From the NCBI RefSeq assembly GCF_006345805.1, contig NC_042998.1:31744001-31808000 (forward strand): a stretch of DNA of 64,000 nucleotides. The letters run 5' to 3'. The stretch comes from Octopus sinensis (taxonomy: Eukaryota). A program made the translations under genes and the position numbers. The first letter of the stretch is position 1, and every line of letters starts with the position of its first letter. The notes beneath the pieces are model-generated. The model had not been told where the DNA came from, searched no databases, and saw only the letters and a list, made by a program, of their open reading frames with translations. Positions 51,190 to 63,325 of the stretch are shown piece by piece.

Positions 51190-51790
51190 ATTTCTGTTTA
51201 ATTTCAAGATGTCTTGTCAACAGACAAAGAGCCGGTTTCTAACATAGATCCGAGGCTCCTTCATTGGAATTTCAACATCAACAGGGTATGTATGTATGTA
51301 TGTATGTATGTATGTATGTATGTATGTATGTATGTATGTATGTATGTATGTATGTATGTATGTATGTATATGTGCAGATGTGTATGTTTTGTGTTATGCA
51401 TGTGCTTATACATATAGCTGCATGCCTATATACTTAAATGATAACCTTCTGGAAAGTTTTACGTATTTTTACAATTCTGGTGATGGCTTGAATCTGTAGT
51501 CTTCGAATCAACTTTCTCCTTTCTGGTTTTGAGAAATCTAATTTCTCAAGATTGGTATTTAGGCAGTGTGTTACATATCTCATGGCCCCAATAATAACAG
51601 GTATAAACCTGAACTTGTAATCTGGATAGAGTATGATTTCTATGATTTCTATGATTTATCAATAGTTCAGCATAGGTGTTCTCTTTTTCACTGATCTTCA
51701 GCTTTATGTTAACATCCTCTGGGTAGCTTATTTCCACAACTGTACACAGTTTCTCTTCTCTATTCCAAATCATTATATCAGGTCTATTGT
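51190..51790 (-). mobile_element. RLE-type non-LTR retrotransposon 3' end with 3' UTR
   Basis: IWNREEKLCTVVEISYPEDVNIKLKISEKENTYAEL, a 9-bp tandem duplication (tatgatttc), then LYPDYKFRFIPVIIGAM...RRLQIQAITRIVKIRKTFQK*; the UTR contains (TACA)n. Confidence 0.85.
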
Positions 51791-51916
51791 GTTTACATTT
51801 TATTCAGGTTATATATGTGTCAAAATATGTATGTAAATATATACATATACATATATATATATATATATTCACTCACACACACACACACACATACACATAT
51901 ATATATATACACATGT

Positions 51917-51989
<73 letters not shown>

Positions 51990-52581
51990 AATGAGGTAAT
52001 CAGATCGGATGGTTCATATTTATAGATATTTATTTATATATTACATTTTTTACATATATATCTATCATATGATTCAGATCATATCATTCGGATTATTAGC
52101 GCTTTCTCCCATATATACACACACTCATATATGCATACACATGTGAGTGCGTTTGTGTTTGTATGAATGTGGGTGTGGTTGCATGCGTTAATGAGTTAAG
52201 TTGGAAGCTACGTCAGCTTGAGTAAAATATTGAAAAGAAAGGAATAAAACGAACGTATGATTCTTTTTCTTCTTTGTGCTGAATCAATATAACAAAAGGA
52301 ATGGTAAACCGAAAGGTTGCAAGACACCAATGAATTGTTAAGCGAGTTCATCTGAGTTCATCTGAATTGATGGGTAAAGTCAAACTACTGAAGCGAATTC
52401 AGATTTAAAATCTGAAGAACCAAAAGTGTACTGTGATTGATATTTGCATATCATATAATTGTTGAATTTCTCATGTGAATGTTAACGTACGACAGTTGTA
52501 TATATTCCTTTGTATAGGAAATTCTCGTATCGCCAAGAAAAGCAAGCAACGCGCTTCGTCTTTCATTACATTAGTGACATA

Positions 52582-53478
52582 CGTGGTCTGATCAATAAGT
52601 ACCCGAAATGTTGCCATAGTAACTAAGTTAAATCTCGCAGATTAAAGCCACTGGGCACAGATTGATCTTGAACTCTGCTGTACATGCGCACTAGGTTTTA
52701 ACGTTCTTACTTACTTCCGCTGTTTAGAACGGAAATAAATAAGTAACGTGTATAGCGTGTGACCCTCGCGTTGACCATGACAAAAATTAGTTGAGCAGAG
52801 AATTTGTATCAAATTTTGCCAAAAGATTGGCGATGCCTGTTCAGGGGCCTAAGCAAAGTTTTCAAACATTTTTCATCCTTCTCGACACGATGAAGGAGAT
52901 CTTGTGCAACCGAAACCCGAATATCATTTTGATTACCTGAAAGCAATTTTGACACAAACTTGGCAGATACGCGTCTCATACACAAATATTCAGTGATAAT
53001 GGACTGAACTGAACCGTAACTAATCTGCACATCCTCTGATAATTCACGGATGGTGATTCCACGATTACTTCTCACAGCTGCACGCACATTTAGGATGTCT
53101 TTTTCAGTTCTACTGGTTGTAGGTCTCCCGGAACGTTCGTCAAAATCAACATTCTTCGGCCATCTTGGAAACGTATGAACCACTCGTTCACTTGTGTGCG
53201 GCTCGTACACTCCCCTCCAAACACTTTCTGCAACCTTGCACAGGCCTCTGAGTAGGTATCGCCATGACAGATGTCTCTGTCATGGTCAATGCGTCGATCA
53301 CACGCTACGCAGCTTAGTTCCAAGCAGTGCTGTAAACAGCGAAAGTGAACCAGAACGCTAGCACTTAGTGCGCATGTACAACAAAATTCAAAATCAATCT
53401 GTACTTAGCAGTTTTACTCTGCGTGATTTAGCGCTGTTACTATGCTAATAATCCGGATACTTATTGATCAGACCTAGC
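52582..53478. mobile_element. Mariner derivative composed of two inverted 5' halves
   Basis: Both ends carry ggtctgatcaataagta TIR plus 5' UTR; plus strand MTK-LVEQRICIKFCQKIGD (52780-52850); minus strand DERSGRPTTS...TIRELSEDV...MRRVSAKFVSKLL; no DDD domain. Confidence 0.9.
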
Positions 53479-53920
53479 ACACTCACGCTTAACATAAACT
53501 TACGTTACACCATAAAGAAATATCTGATTAGACAATACCAGAATAAACATTAACAACCTTCGTTCTACGGCAATTGATATAAATGTGCTTCATTGCCACT
53601 ATCTTAGTATATTTCAAATATGCAACATCTTAGCCCTCATTACTTATTGATCGTATCCCATATCTCATTCTTTCCGATGTTAGTAAGTAAATGTCCTACT
53701 AATAACTACTTAGAGAAGCATGACCAGTATTGTATTGAGAACAATTTTCATACATATCGAAATTAATGATCATATTTGAAACTTAGTATACTTATATACT
53801 TAATAACCGATATACCCATTTCCTAAATCGGCCCAATCTCTGAAATATTAAGAGAGTACCCCATCAGAAAGAGAATGATTAATTAAAACTTTCTTGCTAA
53901 TTTCCCTATTAATTATTAAT

Positions 53921-54161
53921 AACATTGTGGCTGAGCAGATGATGATCTGTTTGACAATGGATACGGACAGCAGTCCTAGAGTTCAGAGGAATACAAGTTA
54001 CAAGAAGAGTCGCGTCGTCAGGTGAAATTAGGAACTGAAAAACAAACAATGATAGAACAACCACATGATTGTGGGGAAAATTTCCAGGAATGTTCGACCG
54101 TGGTCCGCATCCATGATAATTGCCACACTTAGTTGAAGTAGTTGCTCAAATTGATTTAAAT
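53921..54161 (+). repeat. Local direct duplication, copy 1 (unit C)
   Basis: About 241 bp, roughly 8 differences from 54849-55090. Confidence 0.95.
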
Positions 54162-54848
54162 ACTTTAAATACTTTATAGTTCTGTGCAATTTTGCTAAAT
54201 GCCTATTTACGATCCTCAACTATTTCGCATATTGTATATTGTATAGCGTTATAAGTTTGCCTTTTATATTATTCTTAGTGAACCAGTTATAATATATCAA
54301 ATACAAGCTGAGATCGTAACTGTGTTTAAATAAATTAATAATTACCTGATGACTGAAATAATTATCATTTCTATAGTTACGACTCAAATCTCATATTTAA
54401 TATTAATTACTGGTGTACTAACATTTTAAGTCTACTTTATAGCACAGAATATATCTATAAAGTATTAACATTACGGTATGAAACAAGCAGATTTAAGTGA
54501 ATATTCTTCGCGGAGAAAATAAAGGAGAGATACGTAGGACTTAAACCAATATTATGTTGAGATTTCTTCAGTCACGAAGAATAGTTACAATTCTTCTTGG
54601 ACTCGTTACTTAAGGGCATCGCTCTATTGGCATCTGGTTCCTTTACTATAATACTTGTCATAATGGTAAGCTGGTATTTTATAGATACCCCATTATCGTG
54701 CCCTGCATAGTTATGAGTTGTTCTTTTGGCAAAGTATATTACCAGTTTAGCCAACCCTGTCAAGGATATGACGAAAAGAAGTCAACCTTCATAAACCAGT
54801 ATATTTCCTGTGGGAGTAGAACAGTTCAACCTGGTGTATTGGCAGGAG

Positions 54849-55090
54849 AACATTGTAGCTGAGCAGATGATCATCTGTTTGACAATGGATACGGACAGCA
54901 GCCCTAGAGTGCAGAGGAATACAAGTTACAAGAAGAGTCGCGCCGTCAAGGTGAAATTAGGAACTGAAAAACAAACAATGATAGAACAACCACATGATTG
55001 TGGGGAAAATTTCCAGGAATGTTCGACCGTGGTCCGCATCTATAATAATTGCCACACTTAGTTGAAGTAGTTGCTCAAATTGATTTAAAT
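54849..55090 (+). repeat. Local direct duplication, copy 2 (unit C')
   Basis: Matches 53921-54161. Confidence 0.95.
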
Positions 55091-55434
55091 TGGCGAATAC
55101 TATTTAATTAAGCTCTTAATTATAATTGTCTGTTAACGAATATATTTGATCGTTCAAGAAATTCCAACGGCATTCAATCTTGTTAGATTGATCCTTTATT
55201 TTGTGTCCACGAAAATATTGTTTAAAAGGAAATATATTTACACCTTAGTATTTCATAGATTGCTACCTGTAGACATATTCTATGATAGAAGGTAGTACTG
55301 AAATATTACACTGTTAATGTACTAGTATTATATTAAAGAAATCAGAAGTTAATAAAGTAACGTTCGTAAGCAATGACACCATGGACAATTTCAGCTCGTC
55401 TTCATTACTGATGAAATTCCAACATAATATTGAA

Positions 55435-55884
55435 TTTAACGTTCTTACTTACTTCCGCTGTTTAGAGCGGAAGTAAATAAGTAACGTGTATAGCGTGTGA
55501 CCCTTGCGTTGACCATGAGAAAATTAGTTGAGCAGAGAATTTGTATCAAATTTTGCCATAAGATTGGCGATGTCTGTTCAGGGGCCTAAGCAAACTTTTC
55601 AAACAGTTTTCATCCTTCTGGACACGATGAAGGACATCTTGTGCAACCGAAACCCGAATATCATTTTGATTACCTGAAAGCAATTTTGACACAAACTTGG
55701 CAGATACGCGTCTCATATATATATTAGAAAAAATGAGGTAATCAGATCGGATGGTTCATATTTATAGATATTTATTTATATATTACATTTTTTACATATA
55801 TATCTATCATATCATTCAGATCATATCATTCGGATTATTAGCGCTTTCTCCCATATATACACACACTCATATATGCATACACAT
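55435..55884 (+). repeat. Patchwork duplication of 52697-52980 (B') followed by 51976-52142 (A')
   Basis: Direct sequence match; junction at 55717/55718 within cata/tata. Confidence 0.95.
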
Positions 55885-57050
55885 ATTTTCTCCTTTATTT
55901 TCTCCACGATGAATACTGGTTTATATCTGCTTATTCCATAGAGTAATGGGAAACATCTATAGATATATTCTGTACTATAGTATATAATTTAAATAATTAC
56001 GCACCAATAAATAATTAATAATAAACATGAGATTTAATTTGAGTAGTAACTATGGAAATAATCATAATTTCATTCATCAATACCCTTTCCATCAAATATG
56101 TGACATTTTGTAATACATGAAATCAATTAGTTATTGATTAACGATGTTGAGTTATATATGAATTATGCTCAATATTCATTCAATATGAAATAACCATGAT
56201 TTATATAATGCTGCCGCGTAAAAATCTTTCCTAATCGGCTGTAGCTATTTAGAAGCCGATGCACAGAACCATATCGGAGTCGAGGCTGTCAACATCCGAT
56301 GTATCGATTCAATTACTTTCTCACTCAGTCTAATTGATATTGTGGAAATATATTTCAGCTTCATATAGTAGTTTGTCTATGTATGTATAAATATTTATTT
56401 TGCGTAAATATATTTATGTAGAGAGATTAAGGAATTGCGATATTTTCTTTTTTGCTTATTGTATTATCATTTAATGAAGTAATTTAGATAACTCTCTTCG
56501 GTACAAGTATCATACCTTGTATTTCATTATCGATAATGAACTACCGGCTACACATTCTCTACCAACAAAACAATAAAAAAAATGTAGTTTGAATGTATTT
56601 TACAAAACCATTTTGTGTATAGGCTCCGCTTTCAAGGTATTACGTAATTCCAAAGTATTTGAAATAAGTTTCGCGTGATATTTTACTTATTCAAAGAAAT
56701 CAGCTTCCCCCTTTTCATTGTCACGATCAATTATATCAGACAATGCCATAAGCATGACTAACATTATACTCTTTTCCGCTTTCGTGTTGAAACATTGCAT
56801 TCCCTCAGTGTTGTTCTAACCTGTGCAGAGGGGGGAAAATACTATATTTTCTTAAACGAATTTTTCGATTAAGAGAAAACATTAAACTCCACTTGCATTG
56901 TTATTTGCATTTTAGAAATGTTTCCAAACTCAGGTCGATATTCGATAATAGAGTAACAAGAATCCCTCATACTGCAGTTATACAGGAAATTACAGATAAA
57001 TTCACATCAGCGATCAAGTTACTCGATATTCTTTTCTTTAAGTGTAGGAG

Positions 57051-57425
57051 TTGAACTCCGGTTTAAATAAGGTCTACTGGCCGAATATGATCTCGACCAG
57101 CAAACTACAGAGCGAGGCTAACGTGAAACCATTAAGAGAAAATATTGGAGTAAGGAGATGGAAATGGCTGAGTCAAGTTTGTCGCTATAAACCGAACTCA
57201 ATTGTCAGGTTCGATTTGCAATGCATTCCACGAGGTAAAACAAGATGTGCGCGACCAAAGGAAATGTGGCGGAGGACAATAACAAAAGATCTTAAAAGCA
57301 GAGGGTTAGCAAGTTAGCAATGGAACAAGTTGTCAAGGACGCTTTCAGTGTTAGAAGGTGGAATGATCTTGCTGTCGCCCCAAGTGCCACAAGTCGCAAT
57401 GAGAACCGAATGAATGAATGAAGGA
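57051..57425 (+). mobile_element. RTE-clade LINE 3' end
   Basis: KVYWPNMISTSKL...IGVRRWKWLSQVCR...IVRFDLQCIPRGKTRCARPKEMWRRTITKDLK; ends in a (gaat)n tail. Confidence 0.88.
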
Positions 57426-58436
57426 ACGGATTTGAGTGCAGTTATATTATACATTCTTTGCTCAAACAAAAGTTTTCACGCCGAAATAATTAATTTGCGA
57501 TGTCTAGTCTTAGCATCTGCTGGTTACATAAAGCAAACCAAATGGGACTGCGAGTAAATGATGCGAGAAAAAGGTACGTGTGGAAAGAGTAAACGATGGA
57601 TAGTTTCCAATAGTTTATAGAAGACACGTCTGAAGTAAAACTTCAAAAGAATTGTGAATTGCTCTATGTAATTCACATCATTGCCAATGTTAGCCAGCAA
57701 GTCGCCCAACATTTTAGTATTATTCGACGACTATTGTTAGCACGCTGAACCCCACTTAACATCCTACAAGCTAGAACAATGTGAAGCATTCGAACAGGAT
57801 GAAATCATGCCGTATAACCATGATCACGTCATTGAGAATGATTGCTGCTGTATGGGTTTGACTATTGACAAATTACTTCTTCAAATTTCTAGTTATAAAT
57901 AATTCCTTGACATTTAACCAATCGTTTGTTCTTGATAATTTCCTGTCGAGAGTTGTATTGCTTATGATACTTACTTGACAATGCAGTAGCGTCTAATTCA
58001 AAGACACTTTCCAGATGAAACCTTTGAAATGATAATCAATTCGAAGAAAATGCTTGCAACATCGTTGAAATATGTGTTTATAATGTTAGAAGTATTTATA
58101 ACATTTGATTATTTGAAGAATTACTTTGTATGGTCAAAGAAGTTATTTTTGTTATCTTTTTACCATGATTATAAACACTATAACACGATTCAGTAAAAAT
58201 ACTATAAGATGTGTCTCGACCTAACAGATGTGAAAGTTCTATGTTCTAAAAATCACATCATCACGACTTGAATATGAAAGAAAGATCACATTGGTTAATA
58301 TAGTCCAGAATACCTATTTTGAGAATAGATATTTCTTTAATTTGTTATAATGTGGTTCGTATGAAATTTGGTTGCTAACTCATGCAGGCCGTTTCAGAGG
58401 ATAAAGGTTTCCTTGTTGAGTAGTTTTGCATATAAA

Positions 58437-58669
58437 GGTCGGCGAGCTGGCAGAATCGTTAGCACGCCGGGCGAAATGCTTAGCAGTATTTCGTCTGCCG
58501 CTACGTTCTGAGTTCAAATTCCGCCGGGGTCGACTTTGCCTTTCATCCTTTCGGGGTCGATAAATTAAGTACCAGTTACGCACTGGGATCGATGTAATCG
58601 ACTTAATCCGTTTGTCTGTCCTTGTTTGTCCTCTCTGTGTTTAGCCTCTTGTGGGTAGAAAAGAAATAG
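58437..58669 (+). mobile_element. SINE family A, full length
   Basis: Near-consensus; imperfect TSD ttgcatataaa / ttacatataaa. Confidence 0.95.
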
Positions 58670-59116
58670 TATTACATATAAACCATAGGTTTTTCATGCA
58701 GGTTTTCTGTATTGCCTTTTAGGGCTGTTTTAAACATAAGTTTGATGTCAATTCATAAGATCGTACAAACTATCTAATTATCAACTTATTACCATTTGAG
58801 AAAATCTTATGTAGCGAAAGTAATTGCAGATTTTGCCAATCCAATCCTCGTATAAAACACAAAAGGATGGGCAATGACATCATGAATACTTATAATGATT
58901 CATGTTTCATAGTTGTCGAGAAAATGGTTGTATTTTAGATTCGGCACAATAAAAAGTGAGTAGCTCCTTCGACACGGCATTTACTTTATCGTTATTTAAT
59001 TATCGAAACACCAGGTGACGGAACATAAAAAAAAACATCTTGCTTTAGACTGGTGGGAACTTAAACATAGACATGAAGACAGACAGACACAGACACACAC
59101 ACACACACACACACAC

Positions 59117-59165
<49 letters not shown>

Positions 59166-59186
59166 TGATATTTCTTACCTACAAAC

Positions 59187-59255
59187 CTTGATATATAATT
59201 CTAAATCCATTATATTGTAACTGCAGCAACCACAAAGACACAAGTGCAAACATAC
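59187..59255 (-). other. Candidate signal-peptide-type first coding exon
   Basis: Pyrimidine-rich acceptor ccttcgcatgttag|gt ATG; MFALVSLWLLQLQYNGFRIIYQ then g|gtttgt (phase 1), with a second donor ag|gtaaga 8 nt downstream. Confidence 0.2.
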
Positions 59256-60406
59256 CTAACATGCGAAGGTGCAAGGATGCAGACACACAATATTTAATCC
59301 CTGTTTTACAATTTTACAGTGGTGTTTAAAGGAAATAAATAAGTGTTCATTTAAAAAAAAAATGGAATTGTAAAAAGGCCTTGCTGTACTTTTGAAATGG
59401 GAGTATGAATTCACTTTCATAAGATCCATAAAGGCTCTAATGTTGATGTAGACAGCGACAGTGCAGCCTTGTGAATGATGAAATGTCTTCCTAAAACGTA
59501 TTTGACCATCTGCAAGGCTGTACTGGCTCTATCTGTTGGATCAACATCCAGTTTTAACCGAACGAGACCCATGTAGTTACATGACTCAGAGAATATTCTA
59601 CTGAAGCGTTGTTAAATCTTTTGAAAATGAAAATAAAGTAGTGTCTCTGAATATATTTCTGGATTCTGTCCTTCACCAAAGTAGATTCTTAAAAAATTTA
59701 TATTTTCTTCAATGATGCGCTGGTTGTCTAATTCATGTCAATGTTATTTAAATCCATAGAAACTCTGTAGAAGCAGACACATATGGAAAGGCAGCTTAAC
59801 CGTCGTTATGCTGTTTGTGTTTCAGGCATTATATCTAGAAAGTTATGATCCATTGTATTCTTCGTTTTGCGTTTTCGGTGAACAGATTATGGCATGAGAG
59901 CGATTGTACTCATATTTTCAATAACCAGGCAGAGGTTTTGTCGCCCGAGCATTTATTTCACACAGCGAAAGTTGAATTATTAAGGAGAATAATTGTTTAA
60001 GTATTCATAACTTACACATATAAGAAGTGGTGAATTGTAAATTCAGATATGCACCCATTGAGTTCAGAGTCCACCACACTGGAGTTGTTTTCCATAAAAT
60101 GAAAACCCTGTTCAGACAAATCTCGTAGTGAAACTATAAATAAATTCGCCTTTTTACGTCAAAATTGAAGATATTTTTGAATGAAACGCAGTGATTTTTT
60201 TAAACATTACTATTCAATATATTCCAGTTATCATTATCATGAAGTTTTCCTTTCCTTCTATAAACAGTTACCTATAAATTAAATCAGGAAGCGAGTGAGT
60301 GTCATTTGACTGCATTTATAAGCAAATGGTGTGCATTCTTATCCTTACTTTTCAACCGGAGCAGTTCCGTAGACAGTCGTTCTCAATTTTAATTACATAC
60401 ATACAT

Positions 60407-60543
60407 ACGTTTCAGACGAAGAGCTCCGCTCGAAACGTTAAATCTTCCTTCTTTCCTTCCGATCCTGAGCGTCCAATAACACTATACTTGTTCCACGTCC
60501 TCGCGTTGTTGTGTTTTCTCTTTGTGCTTTCATGTTTGGATTA
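60407..60543 (+). mobile_element. Penelope-like terminal (pLTR) fragment with a hammerhead-like core
   Basis: cagacgaa-gagc-tcc-gctc-gaaacgtta followed by a pyrimidine-rich tract typical of PLE ends. Confidence 0.55.
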
Positions 60544-61154
60544 AGTTTACATACATTCATACATACACACACACACACACCACACACACACACACAACAC
60601 ACACACACACACATATTGTTTTAAAGCGGTCTTTTGCCACTTTGATATCTGTCTTTCGTCGACGGTTGTCTCCCTGACAGATGTTGTTATATTCCGAAGT
60701 CGTCGATAAAATGTTTTTATCTGGCACTGTACGACTCCCAGTCGTAGTGTTATTATCCTCAAACGGTTGGATCGTTACAACGTCCACTCAGTACCACAGT
60801 ATGAATATTATATCAGCACAGACACGACTATTAACACAGTCTACACGTACTCTTGACTCCCTGATCTTCTCTCGACTAGCTACCGGTCTATCTATAATGA
60901 ACCTCTACTATTACTGTTTACCGAGAAGTGTGTACACTTTCACTATACAACACACACACACACAAACGCACACGCACGAACACACATATTTGAATTTAAT
61001 TAGAGGATCTGTAAGCCTCATGAAGGGATGGTTTCATCCAAGGAAATACTGCTTCAACACGTAGCATTGTGGGGAAATGTATTTCCTTAAAATATAAGGT
61101 ATATATATATAAACATATAATTTATATTCGTTTAAAAGAAGAAACGAAAATGGA

Positions 61155-61328
61155 GATTGGGAAGTTAATAATTGTTTATTATTAACAGCAAATTGGTCAC
61201 CTTCACTTACAGCCGTTTCAATTAATACACAATAAACATAAATTTAAATTTCATTGAGTATTAATTGAAACGGCTGTAAGTGAAGGTGACCAATTTGCTG
61301 TTAATAATAACCAATTAACTTCCCAATC
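61155..61328. repeat. Near-perfect inverted repeat, about 72-bp arms with a 29-bp spacer
   Basis: gattgggaag...cagccgtttcaattaatac vs gtattaattgaaacggctg...cttcccaatc; one 3-nt indel and 1 mismatch. Confidence 0.93.
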
Positions 61329-61339
61329 ACTATTTTGTT

Positions 61340-61388
61340 TTCTTCTTCTTCTTCTTCTTCTTCTCTTCTTCTTCTTCTCTTCTTCTTC

Positions 61389-61425
<37 letters not shown>

Positions 61426-61439
61426 GTATGTATATATGC

Positions 61440-61476
<37 letters not shown>

Positions 61477-61508
61477 ATATATTTATATTTATATGTATGT
61501 ATATATGC

Positions 61509-61548
<40 letters not shown>

Positions 61549-61572
61549 TATATATATATATATAAGTATATG

Positions 61573-61603
<31 letters not shown>

Positions 61604-61640
61604 GTGTGTGTGTGTGTGTGTGTGAGTGTGCGCATGCGTG
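61340..61640. repeat. (CTT)n followed by (TA)n/(GT)n compound microsatellite
   Basis: Directly visible. Confidence 0.95.
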
Positions 61641-63040
61641 TGTAAATGTATTTAGCCATCAAACTCTGTCTTCCAATCACATAAAACTCATTCATCCATT
61701 CATCGTTCAGATCTGATATGAGTATTGTATATAATGTTCAAGCTTCTTTATCATGTATCGAATATTGAATATTGAACAACGAATTTGTTTTCTCGGTGTG
61801 ATTGGTTTATCCCACCGTTGGTTAATTATTGCCTTCTTTATCTTTTATTTCCTTTCGACATAATATATTGCAACCAAAGCTATTAATTACATAGTTATAT
61901 TAAAACGATTCAATTATTACAAAATAAAAACGACTGTCTTGTATTATTCTTCTGAAGAATTATTTTTCTCTTCGAGTCACCATAATTAATATTGATTATT
62001 TCTGCCTTTATTTTCATGGCTCTCAGGCAGCTCTGTTTATTTCTGTATAACCTACAAATATTACTCGTTTAAATTCAATTTCATCTTATTCCCAATTTCC
62101 TTTGTAAAGGAATAAAATTCAAATTGACAGTTTTACAAATTGGCGTTGATTATGGAAGTATTGAAGGCTTAGACAAGGGATTCAGAAACTTTAAATTTTG
62201 GACAGTTTGTTCTCTGTGGTGAAGACATACCTCCACAAAATGGCGAGTTATATGCATTTGTTTGTATAAGTGGTTTTTACAAGATTTAAGCTAAAACAAA
62301 ACATAGAAATGTATGAGAAAAATGTGTATAATCCAATGTGAGATGACGGTTTGTATTAGGGACCCTTTACAACACAACACATTATGCTTTCCATTGTTCA
62401 TCGATAAATGAAAGGAAATCCTTTGTTGCCATGCATGTTACATCCACAGAATTTCAGCTATTAGTCAACATGTTAGATAAGAAAACACACGCAAGGGCTA
62501 CATCCGCTTGATCAAGTGTATTTTATTTGACAATAAACAAGCGTGAGGCATTCTCTCACAGTGTTAATTTTGTAAATACCTTAAACAGATTCATCATTCC
62601 ATTAATTAAGAGTGATATATTACAACATTTTAATATTCTGATCAAAGGGAAATAATTTCGTGTTGAGAGGGGAATATATTACGCAGTAATCTTTATATTT
62701 TCGAGCCTGTTACAAATTGCTGCCATTTCATTTAGTTTTGCTTTTAGAGCACAGGTGGTGAGATCTATCAATATATTCACTCAGCCGTTCAGGCGTATGG
62801 TGTGACGTGTTCCTTTATTGGGGTGCGCTATGAACCAGAAGCACCGATATAAAGCACCGTAATAATCCGATTATTTGCTCGTGTAAATACATGTAAAATA
62901 TAACAAAGCAATCTAGGGAACCATAATATGTTCCCTAAATTGCTACTAGAGGAACGCCGTACCTCATAAGCTGAAGACAATGCACTAGAAATATGTACCC
63001 GAATAGTGAAGTAGATGCTAGATACATATGCACACACATT

Positions 63041-63267
63041 CTTTTATTCCTTTATTCTTTTACTTGTTTCAGCCATTTGACTGCGGCCATGTTGGGGCAG
63101 CGCCTTTAGGTGAACAAATAGACCCCAGGACTTGTTCTTTGTAAACCTAGTACTTATTCTATCGGTCTCTTTTACCGAACCACCAACATCCGTGTCAAGC
63201 GATGGCAGGGGACAAACACAAACACAAATACACACACACACACACACACACACAAATACACACAAAT

Positions 63268-63270
<3 letters not shown>
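63041..63270 (-). mobile_element. SINE family B 3' half
   Basis: ttttacttgtttcagccatttgactgcggccatg...acttattctatcggtctctttt...gtcaagcga. Confidence 0.88.

Positions 63271-63325
<55 letters not shown>

Noticed and set aside
62908-62945. Hairpin gcaatctagggaac-cataatat-gttccctaaattgc as a pre-miRNA or terminator
   Set aside because: Only about 38 nt, too short for a pre-miRNA; no supporting context.
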